Shown here: positions 1 to 5,788 of the stretch, in pieces | Layout: each line of letters begins with the position of its first letter | How positions within the stretch are numbered: position 1 is the stretch's first letter | Assembly (NCBI RefSeq): GCF_000742835.1 | Contig: NZ_CP008941.1 | Location: 1,757,690 to 1,789,689, forward strand | Source: Candidatus Odyssella acanthamoebae | GTDB lineage: Bacteria; Pseudomonadota; Alphaproteobacteria; Paracaedibacterales; Paracaedibacteraceae | Length of the DNA stretch: 32,000 nt | Direction: 5' to 3' | Position numbers and translations under genes: made by a program | Notes under the pieces: model-generated | Seen by the model: the letters and a program-made list of their open reading frames with translations, nothing else | Told to the model about the DNA's origin: nothing | The model's database searches: none

Positions 1-212
1 GAGCGTCTAAGCAGGATCGATCATCTGTTAAATGAGTGGTCATTATCCGAGAAACAATGAATCCCTTGCTGTTAATGCCAAAGTGAAGCTTACGCCAGGC
101 TTTACGTTTGTATTGTTTGCCATATTTGGTTTCAAGCCACTCACTTTCTCCAAATACTTTAATACCTGTACTATCAATGACAAGATGACCGGATTCATCC
201 ATTTTTTCTAAT
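1..212 (-). mobile_element. Partial second copy of the IS903-group (IS5-family) element. Only the transposase ORF2-equivalent segment is present. It is truncated on its 5' side at nt 212 and runs off the window at nt 1.
   Basis: The reverse complement of 1-212 aligns without gaps to 5133-5344, with 7 mismatches in 212 nt by hand alignment. It encodes MDESGHLVIDSTGIKVFGESEWLETKYGKQYKRKAWRKLHFGINSKGFIVSRIMTTHLTDDRSCLDA... Homology stops abruptly at the same A6 run and ATG that begin ORF2 in the full copy. Confidence 0.85.
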
Positions 213-694
213 TGGTAAGTAAGTAGGGGAACAATCTATAAAGGTGTTGAGCATACTACACAGTGGTTAAATGAGTTATGGAAATTAGAGCCGTCAAGTT
301 GTCATTCAGAGAGAAAAAAATAGACGTTCCTTCTGCCTTCCTTTAGGCATAATGGTAGTGAGGAGCCACAATCTTATTAAAGTTAAAGATATCAATGGAT
401 TGGATAAACTTTTGTCAATACTCTATGGCACTCTGTCTATATCGTCCTACTTTTATAAGAGGTTAAGAAAAGCACCCATACTGCTCAAAAAACGTTGAGC
501 AGTTGGTGCGCTTTTGAAACCTCTCATTTGTCTCTCTTTTTCTCTTGTCGGCTGATGACTATTGTAAGTCTAAAATATGAAAGAAAGAATTATGAATGAT
601 ATACATAAGAAGGTATATTGCTTATAAGAGAGTAAAACTCTATTTCCTATCATGACAGAAACAGAGCGGGGGCGTGAACGACCGTATGACTATT

Positions 695-1369
695 GGTTTT
701 GCAACCGTGAAAATCTAGGTATTCTAGCCCCGTCTCTCGATACGTTTGAATAGTTGAATGGGATGCACAAAAGCAATCCCGCTTACAACATAGTTGATTT
801 TCTATTCTATTGTTCAAGCGTTTGTGAGATCGATGCTCAGCAGGTTTGAGTAAAAACTCTATGGGCCTTGATATAGCTTCTCAACTTATCTGTCACCATG
901 ACGCGCGGAAACATGCCTAATTTTTTAAGTGCTCGCTTTAAAAATCGGATAGCTGACTTGGCATTTTTTCTCCTTTGTAAAAGCACATCAATTTCTTCTT
1001 CCTCACTATCAATCAGTCGCCATAACCAAAAGACGTCCCCTTTTATCTTTACCCTCACTTCATCGATATGCCATTTGTCTTTAAAAGGTGATCCTCTTTT
1101 CTGGCGAATACCTCTGGCATAAACAGGACTCCAGGTTTGACACCAATTTCGAATAATTTCGTAAGTGACAGAGAGGCCTCTGTCCTCAAGCATTTCGCTT
1201 AAATCTCTTAAGCTGATCTTATAACGGTAATAGTAGCGGACAGCAAAGCCGATAACACTTTTAGGAAGACGGTATCCTTTATAATGATCTCGCATAATCA
1301 AAGGCTTCCTTTCATTTTTGAAAGAATCTTACATTAATTGCTTCTTTACCTCACCAGCTTGACGAAACC
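695..1369 (-). mobile_element. Decayed IS6-family insertion sequence. It is shorter than typical family members and its boundaries are approximate.
   Basis: It contains the truncated IS6-type transposase at 837-1301. The candidate outer end GGTTTTGCAACCGTGAAAA (695-713) resembles the IS6-family IR consensus GG(T/C)TCTGTTGCAAA. A degenerate inverted partner GGTTTCGTCAAGCTGGTGA is read on the reverse complement ending at 1369. No matching flanking direct repeat is present. Confidence 0.45.
837..1301 (-). pseudogene. IS6-family (IS26/IS257-like) transposase, frameshifted and C-terminally truncated.
   Basis: The 154-aa ORF carries an N-terminal HTH-like region and the first two DDE acidic positions, in contexts WHIDEVRVKIKG and VMVTDKLRSY. 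After the stop at 837, a different minus-strand frame (about 794-838) reads EHRSHKRLNNRIENQ. This matches the family motif LNNRIE that carries the catalytic Glu. The frame then decays. Confidence 0.8.
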
Positions 1370-1612
1370 TAGTAAGGTTCTTAGAAGGCTGCTTCTGGGG
1401 AACTAGGAGCGGCTACTCGACCTTTAAGTAGAAAATTATAAATAAAGATTAACGTATTTTTTTAATTATTTTTTTTTATTTTGAGAATGAGATATAAAAC
1501 TCGGTTTCTAAATTTTGTATATAGATACAGTTTTAGTCTGTAATCCCAAAAAAAATTAATGAAAGGAAAAATCTTGTAGAGCTTAACGCTATTTTAGATC
1601 AGGAGAACTGAG

Positions 1613-2710
1613 ATGAAAAAAATATTATTCTTTTTGCTTCCAATACTTACCTTTTTCTTACAATTAACCCCTTTAAAAGCCATGGAATCCAGAGTAGAAT
1701 ATGCGGGCTTGTCAATTGATGGGGGAGGTATCAGATCCTTAGTATCGTTAAAAGTACTTATTGCATTAGAAGATGCAATTCATGAGCATGCGCCAAAAAA
1801 ACATCTTTCAGAAATGTTCGATTACATTGGTGGCACTTCTGGAGGAGGGACGCTGGCGCTTGCTTTAACTTTGCCTCCCCCTATGCCAGATCAACAACCT
1901 CCTTCTCTAGGAGAATGGTTAGACATATTTATAGGTGCTAAGAACGTCATTTTTCCTAAGAGTAGGAAGAATTATATTAAACAATTTTTTTGGGGTTCTC
2001 GATATTCTCCAAAACAATATGAAGAGCATTTAAAGAATTGGTTTGGCCCATTAACATTAAGTGACCTAACCACAGACGTCGTTGTTACCAGTACCCAACT
2101 AGAAACGCAAAAACCTTACCTGTTTACTAAAGAAAAGGCAATAAGAGACGAAAAATATAATTTCCTTCTAAGGGATGTAGCACGCGCAACGACCGCAGTG
2201 GTATCTCAATATCCAGCTTACAGAGTTTCGACTGCTACTTTTTCAACCCCTCTCCTGATTGATGGTTGTATCTCTTTTATAAATTCATCTCAGTTTATTG
2301 TTAATAGGATTATGAAGAACTCACGAGACGAGAATTTTAGAAAGGGGCGTGAAGTCGCTACTCATAATAATATTTATATGCTTTCTCTCGGAGGAGACGT
2401 ACAAATAAGCGATACAAACAAAAACACGGGCAACATATGGCTTCTCCCTTACTTTATTAACCATTTCCGTGAAGGGGCAAATGATGGGGTTAATCACGAA
2501 ATGAAAAGTTTGTTAGGTGATAACTATAAACGCATTGTTCCAACATCAGAAATTGAGAAAATAAAATATGATGACGCGACAGATGAGGTAATAATCAAAA
2601 TTGACGAGGTCGGCAAGGACTTAATAAACAAGCTGAAAAGCAAAGGCGAGATCGAAGATACGGCTCGCAAACTTCTATATATTTATGACAGGAAAAATGA
2701 ACATTACTAA
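1613..2710 (+). CDS. Patatin-like phospholipase, exported (PLP1), the divergent paralog.
   Basis: 365 aa. RBS AGGAGA at 1601-1606. N-terminus MKKILFFLLPILTFFLQLTPLKA|ME looks like a Sec signal peptide. Oxyanion motif DGGGIRS (res 36-42). Nucleophile elbow G-T-S-G-G (Ser76). Catalytic Asp in LIDGC (Asp217). C-terminal block NHEMKSLLGDNYKRIVP is shared with the downstream paralog. Confidence 0.85.
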   Translation: MKKILFFLLPILTFFLQLTPLKAMESRVEYAGLSIDGGGIRSLVSLKVLIALEDAIHEHAPKKHLSEMFDYIGGTSGGGTLALALTLPPPMPDQQPPSLGEWLDIFIGAKNVIFPKSRKNYIKQFFWGSRYSPKQYEEHLKNWFGPLTLSDLTTDVVVTSTQLETQKPYLFTKEKAIRDEKYNFLLRDVARATTAVVSQYPAYRVSTATFSTPLLIDGCISFINSSQFIVNRIMKNSRDENFRKGREVATHNNIYMLSLGGDVQISDTNKNTGNIWLLPYFINHFREGANDGVNHEMKSLLGDNYKRIVPTSEIEKIKYDDATDEVIIKIDEVGKDLINKLKSKGEIEDTARKLLYIYDRKNEHY

Positions 2711-2721
2711 TATGAGTATTT

Positions 2722-2749
2722 TACCAATCGATATTGCTATTGATTGGTA
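2722..2749 (+). other. Intercistronic inverted repeat or RNA hairpin between the two patatin genes.
   Basis: TACCAATCGATA-TTGC-TATTGATTGGTA forms a 12-bp stem (11 Watson-Crick pairs plus 1 G-U) with a 4-nt loop. It starts 12 nt after the PLP1 stop. No U-tract follows it. Confidence 0.6.
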
Positions 2750-2792
2750 GCTTACATAGAAATAAAAAATGTTTTTAAAAGGAAGGTGCAGT

Positions 2793-3902
2793 ATGTTTAA
2801 GAAAACTTTTAAAAAAAATATTATGGTATTTACTTTAGTGTTATCTTTTTTCAATATTTTTCGCGAGAGGCTAGAAGCTTTTGAAGCAGAAGGAAGCAGT
2901 AATCCCTCTCGCAACAAGATTTATACAGCCTTATCAATTGATGGAGGGGGTATCCGTGGTTTGATCCCACTTAGAATACTTGAGGAGATCGAAAAGAAAA
3001 CCGGAAAGCCGATTTGTGAGCTTTTTGACTATATTGGTGGAACATCAACAGGAGCTTTACTTACTTTAGGTCTTACTGTACCTCATGAAAAAGAAGGAAG
3101 AGTCCCTCGCTATACGGTTAAGAGTTTGGGAAGCCTCTTTACAGGAGAAGAGAGGTTTGAGGTCTTCTCGACTTCTTTGATGAATAAGCTTAAATCCGCT
3201 GGGAAATATTTAGGATCCTTATATTCAGCATATAAATATGAAACACTTCTTAGCAAAAAAGTAGGGAATTTTTACCTAAACGATGCTTTAACAAATATAT
3301 TAATAACTGCTACAGAATTTAAAACAAAGCATATGAGTGTATTTTGTAAGGAAGGCAAAGATATTGGAAATAAAATACTTGGAGGAGAAATTTTAATGCG
3401 AGAGGTGATGCGTGCCACTTCGGCTGCACCTACTTATTTTCAAGCTGCAGGCGTAACAGAACCGACAGAAGATGAAAGAGGCTACACCGTAACTTATTAT
3501 GTAGATGGTGGCATTTGCTGTAACAATCCTGCCCAACTTGTATGGAACCGCCTGCAAAAACAGTTTAACGCTACGCCAGACAACGTTTATTTGCTTTCCC
3601 TTGGTACAGGGGTAGTTAGTCAAGAAAAGCTTTCTGTGCCGGGTGCTGATGCTTGTTTACCTAAATGGATACCCGTGCTAGCAGATTATTTTATGGAGAG
3701 TAATAGTTGGGCTGTACATAAAGAGATGAAATACGTGCTTGGTAAAAAAAATTATAAACGCGTACAGCCGGTTTTAGAAGCAGCCATAGACCTTGCAGGC
3801 GTAGATGAGGAAAATTTAGAACGATTAGAAAAAGCGGCATCATCTGTAATGGGTCAAGTAGATGAAATCTGTGAGCAGCTTAAGAGGGCAGGAAAATGGT
3901 AG
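2793..3902 (+). CDS. Patatin-like phospholipase, exported (PLP2), the canonical paralog.
   Basis: 369 aa counted from the ATG at 2793. RBS GGAAGG lies at 2781-2786 with 6-nt spacing; the longer ORF from 2769 lacks an RBS. N-terminus is MFKKTFKKNIMVFTLVLSFFNIF..LEA|FE. Motifs are DGGGIRG (res 50-56), G-T-S-T-G (Ser85), ATSAAPTYF, and YVDGGICCNNP (Asp238). Confidence 0.9.
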   Translation: MFKKTFKKNIMVFTLVLSFFNIFRERLEAFEAEGSSNPSRNKIYTALSIDGGGIRGLIPLRILEEIEKKTGKPICELFDYIGGTSTGALLTLGLTVPHEKEGRVPRYTVKSLGSLFTGEERFEVFSTSLMNKLKSAGKYLGSLYSAYKYETLLSKKVGNFYLNDALTNILITATEFKTKHMSVFCKEGKDIGNKILGGEILMREVMRATSAAPTYFQAAGVTEPTEDERGYTVTYYVDGGICCNNPAQLVWNRLQKQFNATPDNVYLLSLGTGVVSQEKLSVPGADACLPKWIPVLADYFMESNSWAVHKEMKYVLGKKNYKRVQPVLEAAIDLAGVDEENLERLEKAASSVMGQVDEICEQLKRAGKW

Positions 3903-4047
3903 GTAAGAGACTCCATCAAGTTTTGTCACCCGCTCTCTTTTATATGTCTTATTTACATATTATTATAATTTAACATAAGATTAGGGAAAATTTTAAGCAG
4001 CCATTGTGGCAGGCTTCAGGTATTAGGGCTTCCAGTCACAACAGAGG

Positions 4048-4681
4048 TGGCCCCTAGAAATCGGACAGTATGCTAAGCTATAGTCCTCAATAAAAAAGGA
4101 CTAGAAAGATGAGTGGAATACGAAGGAATCATAGTGCTGATTTTAAAGCACATGTGGCGTTAGCGGCGATCCGAGAGGACGCCACGATTGCTGAATTATC
4201 GGTCCCGTTTGGCGTTCATTCAACCTTAATTCACCGCTGGAAAAGAGAAGCGCTCTCCCGAATGAGTGAAATCTTTTCAGGAAAACAAGCTATTCAGGAA
4301 GCCAACTATATAAATGACATCAAAGAACTTCACGCCAAAATTGGTCAATTAACGGTGGAGAAAGATTTTTTAGAGACTGTCTCCAAACGATTGGGACTGC
4401 TCGGAGGAAAGAAATGATTGATCCTCAAAACAAGACTGTAAGCCTTTCCCATCAATGCCAGCTTTTAAGCCCCAGTCGCTCCAGCTGGTATTATGAGTCC
4501 AAGGGAGAAAGTCCTTTAAACCTGAGCTTGATGCGACTAATTGACAAGCTTTTTCTAAAGACGCCTTATTATGGCTCTCGTCAAATGGCGCGCCATCTAT
4601 TCCGTATAGGTTATTGTGTTGGACGTAAGCGCAATCGACGGTTAATGCGCCTGATGGGATTAGAAGCGATTTATCAATCTC
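4048..4681 (+). mobile_element. IS3-family element fragment: left part only. The right part was removed or replaced at the IS903-like insertion point.
   Basis: orfA and the 5' third of orfB are arranged in the -1 frame relation typical of IS3. The possible left end starts TGGCCCCTAGAAATCGGACAG at 4048, consistent with IS3-family ends beginning TG. No right end is present to confirm this. Confidence 0.6.
4109..4417 (+). CDS. IS3-family transposase OrfA (HTH protein).
   Basis: 102 aa, MSGIRRNHSADFKAHVALAAIREDATIAELS..HSTLIHRWKRE, with a leucine-zipper-like tail. It overlaps orfB by ATGA. The orfB frame is -1 relative to orfA and stays open upstream of its ATG. A GGA_AAG (A_AAG-type) slippery candidate lies at 4406-4411. 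Confidence 0.85.
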   Translation: MSGIRRNHSADFKAHVALAAIREDATIAELSVPFGVHSTLIHRWKREALSRMSEIFSGKQAIQEANYINDIKELHAKIGQLTVEKDFLETVSKRLGLLGGKK

Positions 4682-4716
4682 GGCGTTGTTGCGTAAATAG
4701 AAAAGGTTGTCAATAA
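4414..4716 (+). pseudogene. IS3-family transposase OrfB, N-terminal ~90 aa only, interrupted at 4681/4682 by the IS903-like element.
   Basis: The sequence ...LSHQCQLLSPSRSSWYYESKGESPLNLSLMRLIDKLFLKTPYYGSRQMARHLFRIGYCVGRKRNRRLMRLMGLEAIYQS is typical of the OrfB N-terminus. The last 11 codons (RRCCVNRKGCQ) are read from the inverted repeat of the inserted IS. The DDE domain is absent. Confidence 0.85.
4682..4698 (+). repeat. IS903-like left terminal inverted repeat (IRL).
   Basis: GGCGTTGTTGCGTAAAT is the exact reverse complement of 5772-5788. Confidence 0.9.
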
Positions 4717-4760
4717 AAGGTAAATGGAAGTATCTTTTTTAAAATAAAAAAGGATGCCCT

Positions 4761-5150
4761 ATGCCTTATAAAGAACGTATTAGGCGCTCAGGCGCTATTT
4801 ATAAACGTCAAAAGCATTATCGCCTACAGAATTGGTCAGACTATAATCAAGCTTTAATAAACAGAGGAGATCTCACTTTATGGCTTTGTGAAGATCTTCC
4901 CCATAACTGGTACGCTCAAAAATCTCCTATTCCTAAAAAAGGACGGCCCCTTTATTATTCTGATCATGCGATTACACTCATGCTAACATTAAGGCTCATC
5001 TTTAAACAAAAACTTAGGCAAACTCAAGGGTTGGTCAAGTCATTGTTTCATCTCCTTGGCCTTCAATTAGATGTTCCTAATTATACAAGACTATCACGCC
5101 GAGGGATTGTTCCTTTAACCATACGTTCGTTCATTAGAAAAAATGGATGA
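4761..5150 (+). CDS. IS903-group transposase, N-terminal part (ORF1).
   Basis: 129 aa. YRLQNWSDYNQALINRGDLTLWL..GRPLYYSDHAITLMLTLRLIFKQKLRQTQGLV parallels the IS903 Tnp N-terminus (YRIYNWSEYNKALINRGSLTFWL..GRPQRYSDLAITTVL, from memory). It ends at a TGA just after the A6 run at 5138-5143. Confidence 0.85.
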   Translation: MPYKERIRRSGAIYKRQKHYRLQNWSDYNQALINRGDLTLWLCEDLPHNWYAQKSPIPKKGRPLYYSDHAITLMLTLRLIFKQKLRQTQGLVKSLFHLLGLQLDVPNYTRLSRRGIVPLTIRSFIRKNG

Positions 5151-5733
5151 AGCCGGTCATCTTGTCATTGATAGCACAGGCATTAAAGTATTTGGAGAAA
5201 GTGAGTGGCTTGAAACAAAATATGGCAAACAATACAAACGTAAAGCCTGGCGTAAGCTTCACTTTGGCATTAACAGCAAGGGATTCATTGTTTCTCGGAT
5301 AATGACCACTCATTTAACAGATGATAGATCTTGTTTAGACGCTCACCTTAAACAGGCGGATGCGACAAAGATTACGCAGCTTATTGCTGATGCGGGCTAT
5401 GATGGTCAAAATGTTTACAGCCAACTAGAATCAGTCAACATTAAACCCATTATTCCTCCAGCTCGAGGATCTCCTTCACTGTCAGAAAAGCACTGCTCTG
5501 TTAGACAAAAGGATATTAATTACATTAATAAAAAGGGACTATACGCCTGGCAAACAGAAAATGATTATGGCAGGAGAGCAAAAGTAGAAAATACAATATA
5601 CCGCTATAAAGAGGTGATCGGTCGTAAGCTTAATGCCAGATTATGGGATAACCAAGATGCGGAATTACATCTTGGGTGCTTTATTTTGAACACTTTTACT
5701 AATCTTGGTATGCCGGAATCAGTTAAAATCTAA
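5143..5733 (+). CDS. IS903-group transposase, catalytic DDE part (ORF2), in the +1 frame relative to ORF1.
   Basis: 196 aa. HLVIDSTGIKVFGESEW carries the first Asp, LIADAGYDG the second Asp, and RRAKVENTIYRYK the Glu region. The C-terminus GMPESVKI compares with IS903 GMPESVRIA. This frame is open from 5119. Confidence 0.85.
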   Translation: MDEAGHLVIDSTGIKVFGESEWLETKYGKQYKRKAWRKLHFGINSKGFIVSRIMTTHLTDDRSCLDAHLKQADATKITQLIADAGYDGQNVYSQLESVNIKPIIPPARGSPSLSEKHCSVRQKDINYINKKGLYAWQTENDYGRRAKVENTIYRYKEVIGRKLNARLWDNQDAELHLGCFILNTFTNLGMPESVKI

Positions 5734-5771
5734 TAATTGTGGGAAAAAGGGAGAGTTTGTTCTTGCTTCCC

Positions 5772-5788
5772 ATTTACGCAACAACGCC
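5772..5788 (-). repeat. IS903-like right terminal inverted repeat (IRR).
   Basis: ATTTACGCAACAACGCC is the exact reverse complement of 4682-4698. Confidence 0.9.

Larger units (their letters stand above)
4682..5788 (+). mobile_element. Complete IS903-group (IS5-family) insertion sequence, 1107 bp.
   Basis: It has perfect 17-bp terminal inverted repeats, GGCGTTGTTGCGTAAAT at 4682-4698 and its reverse complement at 5772-5788. From memory, these match the IS903 IR GGCTTTGTTGAATAAAT at 14 of 17 positions. The internal transposase is colinear with IS903 Tnp (NWSDYNQALINRG...HLVIDSTGIKVFGE...GMPESVKI). Confidence 0.9.

Noticed and set aside
352-498. A 48-aa ORF (MVVRSHNLIKVKDINGLDKLLSILYG...) whose stop lies inside the 472-509 hairpin.
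   Set aside because: It has no RBS and no recognisable motif, and it is short. It cannot be supported as a gene from sequence alone.
898-1122. A 74-aa plus-strand ORF inside the IS6 remnant.
   Set aside because: It is antisense to the recognisable IS6 transposase frame, is Ser/Leu-rich, and has no motif.
2769-2792. An 8-codon N-terminal extension of PLP2 (MFLKGRCS) from the raw ORF.
   Set aside because: No RBS precedes 2769. A GGAAGG Shine-Dalgarno sequence sits 6 nt before the ATG at 2793, and the signal-peptide-like n-region starts there.
2675-2917. An 80-aa minus-strand ORF bridging the PLP1-PLP2 junction. Also a 76-aa minus-strand ORF at 3393-3623.
   Set aside because: They are antisense to the patatin genes in AT-rich sequence. 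Their hydrophobic, low-complexity composition is typical of a chance ORF.
1613-3902. The patatin genes as a phage-defence effector (CBASS CapV-like) or a toxin-immunity pair.
   Set aside because: The window has no CD-NTase or cyclase, no sensor, and no small adjacent immunity-like ORF. Both proteins carry export signals, which cytoplasmic CapV-type effectors would not need. A host-directed or envelope role fits better. This cannot be excluded without searches.
3903-3960. A possible terminator after PLP2 (AAGAGAC ... CTCTCTT followed by TTAT).
   Set aside because: The stem is imperfect (6/7), the loop is about 21 nt, and the U-tract is poor. It is not convincing.
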